Origin: a virus
Taxonomy: Duplodnaviria; Caudoviricetes
Length of the DNA stretch: 51,847 nt
Strand: one strand, 5' to 3'
Virus record (IMG/VR): IMGVR_UViG_3300024518_002447
Location: 1-51,847 of that record
Position 1 is the stretch's first letter, and each line of letters opens with the position of its first letter. Of the stretch, positions 26,336 through 35,886 are shown in pieces. Both the position numbers and the translations under genes were made by a program. The notes under the pieces were generated by a model, which was not told where the DNA came from, made no database searches, and was given only the letters and a program-made list of their open reading frames with translations.

Positions 26336-27735
26336 CGTCTCGATGCCATCCATATTAAGGGTGGTGTGAATTCTGATTCTGCATAAATTGAAATATGATT
26401 CACTATTTCGCCATTATCCTCTTCTTGGCCTACCGTGTTTGGCGTATTTCCATATTTTAGTATTTCCGATAGGGGGGGAATTGCGTTATTGAGAGGCAGC
26501 GTCAAGCCCGTCTCACTTGGAATGCAACCGAAATAATATTGTGTAGTGGTTTGAGTCCAGTCTGCAACCACGCTACCGGCTCCCTCTCCGCTTATATCTC
26601 CCAGTGCAACGAACGAGTTTCCGTCCGGTGAATATTTAGCACTTAAATCAGGGTTAGTAAAATTGCCCTCTGTGAAACTTGCGATTCGAAATAGCTGATC
26701 CATTACATCAATTCCATCGCTCAGGTAATGCTTTGATATATGGTTAATTTGTGTTGTCCATTGTAAGGTAGTTCCGTTTGATATGTTTGTCATAAATGCG
26801 ATCTGAGGACTGTAGATGGCATCTCCTACCACTGGATCGTATAATAGATATTCACCGAAGTCGCCCAGATAATCATCATAGTGGGGCTCCTTGGTGAACG
26901 TATCGCCAAAGGTAAATACATCTATATTAGGATTAAATACGGTATGTTCGTCATTGACTGACGGGAAGCCGCTACGCTTGTAATGCCGTACCGGGCCGCC
27001 CTGCAATGCCTCTGCTGGATTCGTTGGCCTACCTTGCGCAAACGGGAACCATACACGGGGCGAGGAAGGCGCATTCTTTGAGTATCCGCCTTCGCTCCCA
27101 TATTGGCCTGATTCGATATTGAAAGCAAAGGCAGTTCTGAGATTATTGAATCCGGTTGCGCCCAACCACACACCACCAGGAATCACACTAAATAAGGTGC
27201 TGATATCCTCTGATGCCGGTAATGATTGCTCGAATGTTTCGGATTGAAGTTGAAGCAATATATCGAACACGGGCGCACCGTCTTTCGTCGTAATATTTGA
27301 CGGGGTCGTTCTGTATTGCATCCTCCACGCTTCGCCGCTCGTGGCTATTTTCCCAGCCTCATGATATGGATAAGGAAAATCATCGCCTGCTCGTGGTATC
27401 CGTGTTCCTGGAACGCCAACCGCCCGCGCCACCATAGCCAAATCATCAAACGACATGTATTCTGTGCCACTCGTAGGACTGAATCCCGCCCGCCATTCAA
27501 ATACATCGAATCCGATGCCGGAACGTACATCATTGATTCTATCCTGGATATCCACGCCATTCTTTGCCAGCCATGAGAATATCTTGGGTGGCCCCGCATC
27601 CAGCGAATAGAGTTGTGTATTCGACATAGATAGGTGATCTTCAAGAATGTTCAGGTTTTCCATGATCTGTCGAACAAGCACATCCCAATTGGTATAGCGC
27701 GCCATTGTGGTTTCTATGGAGTAATCATAACTCAT
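26332..27735 (-). CDS. Putative minor tail / tail-tip protein
   Basis: 467 aa between the hub-like gene and the giant fibre; no motif recognised. Confidence 0.55.
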   Translation of the reverse strand: MSYDYSIETTMARYTNWDVLVRQIMENLNILEDHLSMSNTQLYSLDAGPPKIFSWLAKNGVDIQDRINDVRSGIGFDVFEWRAGFSPTSGTEYMSFDDLAMVARAVGVPGTRIPRAGDDFPYPYHEAGKIATSGEAWRMQYRTTPSNITTKDGAPVFDILLQLQSETFEQSLPASEDISTLFSVIPGGVWLGATGFNNLRTAFAFNIESGQYGSEGGYSKNAPSSPRVWFPFAQGRPTNPAEALQGGPVRHYKRSGFPSVNDEHTVFNPNIDVFTFGDTFTKEPHYDDYLGDFGEYLLYDPVVGDAIYSPQIAFMTNISNGTTLQWTTQINHISKHYLSDGIDVMDQLFRIASFTEGNFTNPDLSAKYSPDGNSFVALGDISGEGAGSVVADWTQTTTQYYFGCIPSETGLTLPLNNAIPPLSEILKYGNTPNTVGQEEDNGEIVNHISIYAESEFTPPLIWMASRR

Positions 27736-29744
27736 GCTGAATTACTCCTTGTGAACGTTCCACGGGGAGCCGCTACCGTTTCCAAAGTCGGTGGATCCGT
27801 TCCCTCGGCAAGGTACATATTGCGAATGGTGGCCAGTCCCGTTTTTACGATTACAATGATGTCAGTGCCGGATATGCTTCCACCAAGCCCCACTTGGCCG
27901 GATGAAGTGATATCCATAATCGTACCGAATAGTTTCGCTTGTGCCGGTGTGCCTGGAAGAGTCAAGCCGGTAGTATCGTAGGCCGCGCTTGCAATTGCAT
28001 GGATTAGAGTATTGAGCGCCAGAATGTTGTCCTGTGGGCATCGCATGGCCAAGCCAAATGGTGATTCCGCATAGGTTCCGGCTCCAGGAACAAGGGTAGC
28101 GTCTCCCTCCGCGAAACTACCGCCATCGGCGTTCACGTCCAGGAATGGCGTTTTATTCGTCACGGCAACGAGCCCATTCGCCATGTAGAGGCGCATGAGA
28201 TCAAGTACCTTATCCGCATCTACGGACGTTCCGGCCGTAAGTCCAAATTGCTCAGTGGTTACGCTGTTTAATTCCTGATCGACGTATCTCTGTACAACGT
28301 CTATCTGATCGTTGATATCCCAGTCGGCTAACACGGTTCCGGTTGGAAGCGGGATATCCGTATACACTTCCGGGTTGCTTGCCCCGGCATCGGTCACACG
28401 TACAGTGGCTTTGTCTTCCGTTGCGTGTTTCGCGGTGATTGTGCCGCCAAGCCGGATATTTTGTACCCGGTTTTCTACTCCTGGCCATGAATTGACAGGG
28501 TCAACGGTTGCCCCATCATATGTAAATGAAAGTGCCGGTCTATTCTTTTGGATTCCGCCCTTCAATATGCTGCTTGTCGAATCTGGCCGCTCTCCAAGAA
28601 CCATTTCCATTTGGATTGCATGGCCGATCATTCTTACACGGATTTCGTTTGCCGTGTATTTGGTCGAATCATCGTTAAAGAATCCGCCGAAGGCATCAGC
28701 AACCTTGATTATCGTCCGGCCTGCATAGAAGCACGGCCCCATGTTCGTCTGTGTAACATCCCTTTGAAGAAGCGTAACATTGTAGGCATCGCCAGGATCG
28801 CGCCTTCTATTGAGCACCGCCTTTGCATGTATCGTGATATCATTGGTAGTTCTGTATCCTGGCACTGATCGAGTGATATGGTTTAATGGTTTCGTTGCCT
28901 GTTCTTCGTCCACATAATTTCTGGAAATTGATTCTCCTATTCTTGGAACATCTGCCCCGACAATATCAAGGTCGTTTATGTATTGCTCTTCGTCCTGGTT
29001 GGTTTCAATCGAGATACACGAAGGGTTATCGCCGCCATAAATGAATTTCGAGAATTGGGGCGTGAATGAGGCATCTACATCCTTGAAAAAGAATGTATGA
29101 TCCTCCATTGCTGAAGCCGTTGGCAGAAAGCCCCAAGAGAAGCCCGTGCGCTCCGCCAGTGCCGTAAATATGTCATAGAGTGACGTTGATCCATCGTAAA
29201 CGAGGTATTCAATATCGGTTGATGCCCCGGAGGTATCCTGTTGAATCGTGGCACTGGAATTTACACCCTGGATTGTATCCTCGTTGCCCTTGATGTACGT
29301 GTTCCATAAATCATACACGACAGAATCAGTGCCGCCCGCTACGCCCGTTTTCGCTTCATTGTCGTATACGATATACGGATTATTAGGGTCGGCCCCGTAA
29401 TTCACGCGAGGCTTGATATTCTTTAATTGCTCCTCGAATCCCTTCGCGGTAATTTCAATCAGGTTCGATGCCGGTGAATGGCGCATTGAAGTGACGTAAC
29501 CATGAAACCATTGATTATTAGTACTGGAATCGTACCCGGCAAGAACGTAATCACCTACCCGAATACCTCGTTTATCCGGATAGCGGGAAGGCACAGCGGC
29601 CTGCAACTCGGCGCACAGGCCGCCGCGCTCCCTGCCAAGGAGAATGAAAACAACATCCGTGGCTCCGGGAAGAGTCCGGGTCACGGATGGATCTGATCCT
29701 GACTTTATGGCGAAGTATCTTGAGTAGGTCATTTCTGCGAACAA
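27732..29744 (-). CDS. Tail-tip hub (Tal/gp27-like) protein
   Basis: WFHGYVT...IEITAKGFEEQL...SLYDIFTALAERTGFSWG...YINDLDIVG pattern of siphovirus hub proteins. Confidence 0.65.
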   Translation of the reverse strand: MFAEMTYSRYFAIKSGSDPSVTRTLPGATDVVFILLGRERGGLCAELQAAVPSRYPDKRGIRVGDYVLAGYDSSTNNQWFHGYVTSMRHSPASNLIEITAKGFEEQLKNIKPRVNYGADPNNPYIVYDNEAKTGVAGGTDSVVYDLWNTYIKGNEDTIQGVNSSATIQQDTSGASTDIEYLVYDGSTSLYDIFTALAERTGFSWGFLPTASAMEDHTFFFKDVDASFTPQFSKFIYGGDNPSCISIETNQDEEQYINDLDIVGADVPRIGESISRNYVDEEQATKPLNHITRSVPGYRTTNDITIHAKAVLNRRRDPGDAYNVTLLQRDVTQTNMGPCFYAGRTIIKVADAFGGFFNDDSTKYTANEIRVRMIGHAIQMEMVLGERPDSTSSILKGGIQKNRPALSFTYDGATVDPVNSWPGVENRVQNIRLGGTITAKHATEDKATVRVTDAGASNPEVYTDIPLPTGTVLADWDINDQIDVVQRYVDQELNSVTTEQFGLTAGTSVDADKVLDLMRLYMANGLVAVTNKTPFLDVNADGGSFAEGDATLVPGAGTYAESPFGLAMRCPQDNILALNTLIHAIASAAYDTTGLTLPGTPAQAKLFGTIMDITSSGQVGLGGSISGTDIIVIVKTGLATIRNMYLAEGTDPPTLETVAAPRGTFTRSNSA

Positions 29745-30481
29745 GCCTCTTCTGGATATTTATATCCAGTAAGGCTACCTCTTCGTTGTCTTCGCTTTAG
29801 CATATCCAGCGCAATATTATCCATTGACTGGCATATGCCATCATATTTGCTAAACGGCATACTCATTCCATATGTTGCGTCCATCCCGCAATCCCAGGAG
29901 TTCTCGCCTTTTCCTTCAATAGGAATGCCCAAAGGAATATTCACATCTATTATTGTGTGTGTCCTGATAAACCATCTTGGGCGTTCGTGGAAATATGTTT
30001 TCACCTTGTAAGTACACGGATAGGCACCCTCTGGCATTATAATTACGGAATCGCCTTGATTGATTACGTTGAAATGCGACTTGGATTTTCCGAATAGAAT
30101 TTCTCTGAAATCAATGTTAAAATGCCACCACCAGGGATCTTCTGAACGCCACTCCATTGGATCTCTCCACAAGTCTATCCAGAGCGTGTAATTGAACATT
30201 TGCATACCGATTATCCTTCCGCTTCCATACGTCTCATCTTCCCTTTTTGTCTTTTCCATAAGCCATCTTTCCCATTCGGCGTTATTGATGCTGACGTGAA
30301 TGGAAAACAATACCAATCGAAGGCTGATACTTATTGCGCATTCGTAATTGGCGATTCCAGCCTCGATGCCGAATTTCCAAGGAAGGATATACCACTCCTG
30401 GTAAAAGGTTGTTTTTTCAGTGATGTTTAACCAGTGCCTAAAACATCTTTTTTCTCGTATTGAATGCGCTCTCATTTTCAT
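29729..30481 (-). CDS. Conserved phage hypothetical protein (Trp-rich)
   Basis: MPEGAYP...RPRW...GIPIEGKGENSWDCGMDATYG motif. Confidence 0.7.
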   Translation of the reverse strand: MKMRAHSIREKRCFRHWLNITEKTTFYQEWYILPWKFGIEAGIANYECAISISLRLVLFSIHVSINNAEWERWLMEKTKREDETYGSGRIIGMQMFNYTLWIDLWRDPMEWRSEDPWWWHFNIDFREILFGKSKSHFNVINQGDSVIIMPEGAYPCTYKVKTYFHERPRWFIRTHTIIDVNIPLGIPIEGKGENSWDCGMDATYGMSMPFSKYDGICQSMDNIALDMLKRRQRRGSLTGYKYPEEACSQK

Positions 30482-30669
30482 CCTCCTCCTTGTTTATGGT
30501 TATTTTCTGCCATTGCTTCTACATCTAATATCACTCGCTCCGCCCGATCTGCCCGAATGGAAGTCTTTAACGAATTGGCCGTACTTGACCCGCACGGTGC
30601 CCACGGATGATGCCAGCACTTGCAATATTGGCATTGTGGAACATCGCCTATTTCTTCTGGTTGTGTCAT
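30478..30669 (-). CDS. Small hypothetical protein
   Basis: 63 aa; CQYC..WH...PC; ATGA-coupled. Confidence 0.5.
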   Translation of the reverse strand: MTQPEEIGDVPQCQYCKCWHHPWAPCGSSTANSLKTSIRADRAERVILDVEAMAENNHKQGGG

Positions 30670-31163
30670 ATGCCGAATGTATCCAGTATTTTCATGGTTC
30701 GTTCAATGCATTTTTTGATACCTTTTTTGTCGTCCAGATTCAGCATTTCCGGCAATCCGCCAGAATCAGTATCGTGCTTACTTGCTATACTTACGGCATC
30801 TATCGGCGAGGCACCCGCCTCCATTGCTCCAATAGCCCAAGATGATCCAGACCCACAACTATCAATTTTTTCGGGGTATTCCTTTGGCACCATGTAATCA
30901 TCCCAGTCGATAATCATGCCGTCTTTTGTCAACTCGATGACATACCATTCTTTATTGAATTGCGGCTTCTTATCCCAATGCTTCCCTAATGAATACCACT
31001 TCAAGAATTTCAGAACATCGGCCAGCGCCCCGCTGCCACCAAAAAGCGAGTACCCATTCTTGGATTTCAGTGCCCAAATTTTGCTTTCGTGGGATATCGA
31101 TGTCCCGCCGTCGTACTGAGTATCGGTGGCTATGCATTCATTGTTGCAGGCTATCGTTGTCAT
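30666..31163 (-). CDS. Ntn-hydrolase (proteasome beta/HslV-like) protein
   Basis: N-terminal MTTIA..IATDTQ...SKI, GSGSSWAIGAMEAGA...AVSIASKHD..SGG. Confidence 0.85.
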   Translation of the reverse strand: MTTIACNNECIATDTQYDGGTSISHESKIWALKSKNGYSLFGGSGALADVLKFLKWYSLGKHWDKKPQFNKEWYVIELTKDGMIIDWDDYMVPKEYPEKIDSCGSGSSWAIGAMEAGASPIDAVSIASKHDTDSGGLPEMLNLDDKKGIKKCIERTMKILDTFGI

Positions 31164-31173
31164 GATTCACCCT

Positions 31174-31356
31174 CTACTGAATCCTTATCAGGTTATGAAA
31201 ATAACTCGTTAGAAAGCATTTGCCTTGTATGGCGGAGTCCAATTCAATCACCAGAGCTACATCTAAATTCCATTCGCCCGTAATCACTTTTCTGATCGTT
31301 CCGCTTTCCTGGATATCCAGAATAAACACTCTGTCGCCTTCGGTAAAAGCGCTCAT
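31174..31356 (-). CDS. Small SH3/KOW-like protein
   Basis: FTEGDRVFI....GTIRKV. Confidence 0.55.
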   Translation of the reverse strand: MSAFTEGDRVFILDIQESGTIRKVITGEWNLDVALVIELDSAIQGKCFLTSYFHNLIRIQ

Positions 31357-31361
31357 TTTCT

Positions 31362-32045
31362 TTACTGTTGGTACGTGTACCGAGAGTAATCACCGTCAGG
31401 AACCGCCCTTTGAAATATCGCCTTGACCTCCGACTGGTCATCCGCCCAGAAGTGCCTACCTTTTTGGAAATAGTTTGATATCGAAGTATCCTGGTCATAA
31501 ACCACAATGTGGTATTTCGAGATTTCCCCTTGCCCATTCACAAGCGCCTCTTCCAGAACGGATTCATATAGCGCCGATGACGAGCGGATTATAGGCTCTG
31601 CCACGCTCCAGGTTGCATCCCTGGATATAGAGGCGGATAGCCGGTATGTCGTAGCGTCCCGCACATCGTACGGATTCTGTACCCTTGCTATTGAGTCCAC
31701 GTTCACCGTCCAAGATGGATGGGATACCGATAAGATGGCCGTGCCTGCGAGGGATGCTGTCCAATTCATAAAGAGATGGTTATCGCCCTGGATAACAACT
31801 TCTGAAGTGGAGGTTGTTATGACTCCCGACTGTGAGCCGGTTGCATCGTAAATAGCAACGACGCTTTCAATTAGTTCAACCGTGGTTAGCGATGTATCAA
31901 TAGGCAGGAATGCCGTAATCGTTTCACCAAGGGTCAATTCAACCGGCATCAGTATTTGATTATCCGCATATACGCCAAGGGTGCAGATTAGAAACAGGAT
32001 GATTGCTGCTACGATCTGGAATGCTTCCTTGATCAGTGTATTCAT
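31362..32045 (-). CDS. Signal-peptide beta-rich protein
   Basis: MNTLIKEAFQIVAAIILFLICTLGVYA|DN followed by a beta-strand-rich body. Confidence 0.65.
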   Translation of the reverse strand: MNTLIKEAFQIVAAIILFLICTLGVYADNQILMPVELTLGETITAFLPIDTSLTTVELIESVVAIYDATGSQSGVITTSTSEVVIQGDNHLFMNWTASLAGTAILSVSHPSWTVNVDSIARVQNPYDVRDATTYRLSASISRDATWSVAEPIIRSSSALYESVLEEALVNGQGEISKYHIVVYDQDTSISNYFQKGRHFWADDQSEVKAIFQRAVPDGDYSRYTYQQ

Positions 32046-33049
32046 GATACCAACTCCTCTATTTCTTCATTAAATTCTTGAAATTCAAACAATGTATTAT
32101 CTGTACTTGATATGCAATGCGGGCTAAAAAACAGTGTTTCCTTGTGTTTGTTTTCTTTGCCTGCGGTATCGCCATTGCCTATATTCGCATATCCACCATG
32201 TGCTTTCCATGAATGATAAGTCCAGCCATAATTCAATAATTCTTCATGCTCCTCGAAATAACCGGCCAATACGATTCTGTATGTTTTGTTTCCGCCACGC
32301 TCAATGCACCAATCACGTACCTTGTGAGCGACATCTAAATCATCCTCATTGTATAGATCGGATTTTCGCTCCGCTTTATCACTGTATGGAGGATCAAAGA
32401 AGATTCCGCATGTTCCACATTTTTCCTGCCATTTCCCGCCACAAACCCGCGTCCAATCACCGCAAACAACACGAACATAACGTAACCGTTCAGATAACGC
32501 ACGGAACCATTTATAAATATTGGTGTTATAGGGTTCGCTTAAATCCGCCCCGCCATCACCCACATGCGGTATTTGGCCTATTGCATGAACACCCATCCCG
32601 CCATCACCCACATGCGGTATTTGGCCTAAACGTGTAAGCCCTGAACCAATCCAACAGGACGCTGCCCATATCCAATACCCGGCTAATTTTGGATCATGCC
32701 ATTCATCATCTATGATCAAGTTTTCAAGCAGGTATTCTTCATTTGCAATCAACTTCCGCTTCCGTGCGGATAAATCAGCATGGTTTACCGGCCAGTCGCA
32801 CCATTTAGCGGTTTCATCCGGTGATAGGTGAATGGAACGCCATACGTTTGAAATGAAACCGTCTTTATCACATACTGTTTCCATTTGATTTCCGTGATAC
32901 TCCGGACGATTCAATAACACCGCTCCAGACCCAAAGAACGGTTCAATGTAATGCTTCACGTCTCCAAGCGCATTCCACACGATATCAGCAACGGCAGACT
33001 TACCGCCAAAGTAAGGGAAAGGTGCTTTGTCTGCGTATGCTGTAACCAT
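32042..33049 (-). CDS. D12-class (Dam-like) DNA adenine methyltransferase
   Basis: PFPYFGGKS, YIEPFFGSGAV, FFDPPY. Confidence 0.92.
   Translation of the reverse strand: MVTAYADKAPFPYFGGKSAVADIVWNALGDVKHYIEPFFGSGAVLLNRPEYHGNQMETVCDKDGFISNVWRSIHLSPDETAKWCDWPVNHADLSARKRKLIANEEYLLENLIIDDEWHDPKLAGYWIWAASCWIGSGLTRLGQIPHVGDGGMGVHAIGQIPHVGDGGADLSEPYNTNIYKWFRALSERLRYVRVVCGDWTRVCGGKWQEKCGTCGIFFDPPYSDKAERKSDLYNEDDLDVAHKVRDWCIERGGNKTYRIVLAGYFEEHEELLNYGWTYHSWKAHGGYANIGNGDTAGKENKHKETLFFSPHCISSTDNTLFEFQEFNEEIEELVS
32549..32628. repeat. Exact 32-nt repeat (48-nt period) inside the methylase
   Basis: CCCGCCATCACCCACATGCGGTATTTGGCCTA at 32549-80 and 32597-628 = GQIPHVGDGG x2. Confidence 0.9.
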
Positions 33050-33369
33050 TATCTTCTTCTCCGAACGCCGCCGCGAATATCATCGCGCGGTCCGCCTGTG
33101 ATCGTTGCATCAATACCCTTATCCTCTTCCCTGTCCGCCTCGGTTGGCGTGTACCCCGCAAACCAGCCGGTGCTGCCAATGTCCGTATTGGCAGCCAGTT
33201 GTGTGATTGGAACGGTTTGCACATTCACCTGGTGCTGATTGCTCGACATGGTGATAATCATTAACGGCTGCCCACCCTTGGTGTAAATCGTGCAGGTTTC
33301 ATCCCCTGCCAAGGTTACCACCAGGTCGTTGTTGATCCGTACTATGTTCCCCGTTATTTCTGTTGCCAT
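33049..33369 (-). CDS. Small late protein with shared C-terminal D.GID..I...PR.DIRG tag
   Basis: Beta-rich N-terminal part; ends ADREEDKGIDATITGGPRDDIRGGVRRRR. Confidence 0.65.
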   Translation of the reverse strand: MATEITGNIVRINNDLVVTLAGDETCTIYTKGGQPLMIITMSSNQHQVNVQTVPITQLAANTDIGSTGWFAGYTPTEADREEDKGIDATITGGPRDDIRGGVRRRR

Positions 33370-33503
33370 TACACCCTATTTAGAATTGCATCGAACACCT
33401 GTTCACATCGGTTCTCATCTTTCATTTCGCAATACGGTGTGTTTATTTGAAGATTCAATGCCTTGCACGTCTTAATATGAAAGTTCTGCTTACCATGATT
33501 CAT
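33369..33503 (-). CDS. 44-aa hypothetical protein
   Basis: MNHGKQNFHIKTCKALNLQINTPYCEMKDENRCEQVFDAILNRV; TAATG-coupled. Confidence 0.45.
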   Translation of the reverse strand: MNHGKQNFHIKTCKALNLQINTPYCEMKDENRCEQVFDAILNRV

Positions 33504-33507
33504 TCTC

Positions 33508-34137
33508 CTATAATGATTCGTCAAGCACACCAACAATAGTCAACTTCTGCAAATTGGCATCCATATTGAACTTGATTTCTCCAGCCTCATTTTGGACGAT
33601 AAAATTATCCGATATGTATATTTTGCTTGTATTTAATAGGTTCGCCGTGGTGGTATCCTCGGTTGAGCCCTCCACAAACGAACCGTTTTCCTTTACGCTT
33701 GGAACTGTATCTTCTGATAGAATTTCAACAGAGAACTGATTATTCAAATTGTTCTGCTTTGCATCCTGGCGGCCCACCATGTCCTGGAAGGAATTCAGAA
33801 CACATTTCGTGTATTTCCAGAAGTTGTCTGCATCAATATAGCGGAGATAGAACTCGAATTTACCGTCACCGTCTCCCTGCAAGGCACTCAATAGCGCCGC
33901 TTTTCTGGCGTGGAAATCCGACAGCACATCATCGCCGATTTCGAGTTGAAGCGATATGGCCATCCCGTTTGGAGTACCGCCAATATCGAGTTCACCGTCT
34001 GCACCGGGTATCTTGAAGCGCTCGCGGGTGTACGTCACACGCGGGTCTATATCAATAATATTTATTCGCGGGTCATCATTGAACAACAGGCTGTTGTCGA
34101 TTGATGGCGCGTGGGCTGCTTCGGTGTAGGCTGTCAT
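33508..34137 (-). CDS. Distal tail (Dit)-like protein
   Basis: Directly after the tape measure; KIPGADGELD...ISLQLEI...FSVEILSED pattern. Confidence 0.7.
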   Translation of the reverse strand: MTAYTEAAHAPSIDNSLLFNDDPRINIIDIDPRVTYTRERFKIPGADGELDIGGTPNGMAISLQLEIGDDVLSDFHARKAALLSALQGDGDGKFEFYLRYIDADNFWKYTKCVLNSFQDMVGRQDAKQNNLNNQFSVEILSEDTVPSVKENGSFVEGSTEDTTTANLLNTSKIYISDNFIVQNEAGEIKFNMDANLQKLTIVGVLDESL

Positions 34138-35477
34138 CGGCTCATGTCCCTCGCAGCATTACGGATTCCCTCTTCGACTGCATCTTTTATTCTCGATGGA
34201 TTGGCATCGCCATAGACATTCACGACAGCGGATAATCCACCAGCGCCGATTCCAGAAGCATTGCCAAGCGGGATGTTTTTGAATGCATCAAATAAACCCG
34301 AAAGCCTATCCGGACCAGAAAAGAACGGCCCCACTCCACCGCCTAGAATGTCTGTAGCGCTCGTGTTCGCCAGCCCTGCTTTTGCTGCACCCGCAAACGG
34401 CTTAACGGATTCGATATAATTCTTAAAGCCTTCTCCAAATAATCCTTCGAGGATAAAGCCGCTAAGATTCTTGAATACTTGCTCAAGTGCCGATTTAAAA
34501 AATGAAGTAAACGCATCGGCCATTTCGTTGATCTTTTTATTATCCTTTAATGCATCAAACAAACCGTTTTTTAGCATGGAATCAACAAAATCGTTCCCAA
34601 GAAATTGATCAACGCGTGTCAATAGACTGTCCGCAGCCGACTTAAATGCCTTGAACAGAATATCCACCAACGCAGATCCAAGAGCACTTGCTGATATTAG
34701 TCCCTCCCTGAATTGCTTCCATAGTTCAACGAGATCGACGATAAGGTTCTTGATAGCGGGACCAAAAAGGAATTCAACAGTTTTGTACAGCAGAAACAAA
34801 GCGCCGCCTATCAATCCAACAGGAGAGGCCATGAGGGCGAACACTCGAATTAGTTTCCCGCCTATGGCGAACACCGGAGCCAGTGCAGCGAATAAAAGTC
34901 CCGCTTTGGCTGCAAGAACCACAAATGTTTTAACGGTTTCCCTGTTGGCTTCCAGCCATGCTATGCCGGTCTTCACCGCTTGGACTATCGTTCGCACGTA
35001 CGGAAGAATTGCTTCCGCTATGGTTTTGGTTACCTCGAATTTAACCGCCGTGAATGCTTTGGTTAGAACCTTGTTTGCTTGCGCGGCTTTTCGTGTTTGC
35101 TGCTCGACCATTAACAGGCGTGTTATTTCCGCCTGCATTGCCTGTTTTTTTGCGAATTGCACTAGAGGAACGGCTTTTATTTGCTCGGATAACTCCTTGA
35201 TCTTACTCCTGGCTTCTTCGTTCTTATTCGCAAAGTCCTTAAAACCAAGAGTGATTCCGCCAAGAAGCGCACCAGCCAGGAAGGTGAATCGTTCGGCCTG
35301 TTCGACCATGCGGCCACCTACACGGTCAAGCCCCTGGGATATTGAAACCATCGAAGCCAACACGCGCCGCTGCATATTCGTAACGATACCTACGGCCTTC
35401 CGTGCGCCTGCCGTGGCCTTCTCGGTAGTTATTACAAACTGCGCTATGATCTGTCCTGCGTTAATTCTGGCTGCCAT
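34134..35477 (-). CDS. Tape measure protein (short, 447 aa)
   Basis: Ala/Leu-rich helical protein with a central hydrophobic segment; N-terminal AGQIIAQFVI, C-terminal VVNVYGDANP; follows the chaperones. Confidence 0.85.
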   Translation of the reverse strand: MAARINAGQIIAQFVITTEKATAGARKAVGIVTNMQRRVLASMVSISQGLDRVGGRMVEQAERFTFLAGALLGGITLGFKDFANKNEEARSKIKELSEQIKAVPLVQFAKKQAMQAEITRLLMVEQQTRKAAQANKVLTKAFTAVKFEVTKTIAEAILPYVRTIVQAVKTGIAWLEANRETVKTFVVLAAKAGLLFAALAPVFAIGGKLIRVFALMASPVGLIGGALFLLYKTVEFLFGPAIKNLIVDLVELWKQFREGLISASALGSALVDILFKAFKSAADSLLTRVDQFLGNDFVDSMLKNGLFDALKDNKKINEMADAFTSFFKSALEQVFKNLSGFILEGLFGEGFKNYIESVKPFAGAAKAGLANTSATDILGGGVGPFFSGPDRLSGLFDAFKNIPLGNASGIGAGGLSAVVNVYGDANPSRIKDAVEEGIRNAARDMSR

Positions 35478-35886
35478 TGATTTTCGCTCTCACTCCGAAT
35501 ACGTCAGGATATTTATCTCGATATACATCTATTGCGCTTTTCAATGATGGCATATCAATTGATTTCTTTATTTCACATGGATCAGTTTTGCTGATTCGAT
35601 CCAGTTCTTTTACATACTTGCTTTCCGCCGCCTTTTTGTCGAAACACTGAGCGATGGCGGTTGACATGTCTTGAATCGCTATCAAATGGCTTAACGCTTC
35701 GTCCTGCTCAATCTTTGTCAATAATGTCAATGCGTCAGCAAGGCCGATTTCGTCGATATCTCTTGCGCTCCACCCGTAGGATTTTCCGAATAGGTGCAGG
35801 AAAACGAATTCAAGGCTATTTGTCCTAGATTCTCTTTTTGTTCCATGCCCGCCTCCAAGTGCTTTGGAGGCGTTGGCCCGTTTCCC
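35461..35886 (-). CDS. Tail assembly chaperone gpT part, reached by -1 frameshift (fusion 36221->35461, ~253 aa)
   Basis: -1 frame is open from the heptamer: KRANASK...FGKSYGWSARDIDEIGLADALTLL..., in frame with track ORF 35461-35730. Confidence 0.85.
   Translation of the reverse strand, partial: GKRANASKALGGGHGTKRESRTNSLEFVFLHLFGKSYGWSARDIDEIGLADALTLLTKIEQDEALSHLIAIQDMSTAIAQCFDKKAAESKYVKELDRISKTDPCEIKKSIDMPSLKSAIDVYRDKYPDVFGVRAKINGSQN

Noticed and set aside
34651-35547. 298-aa plus-strand ORF
   Set aside because: Antisense shadow of the Ala-rich tape measure gene; no RBS or motif.
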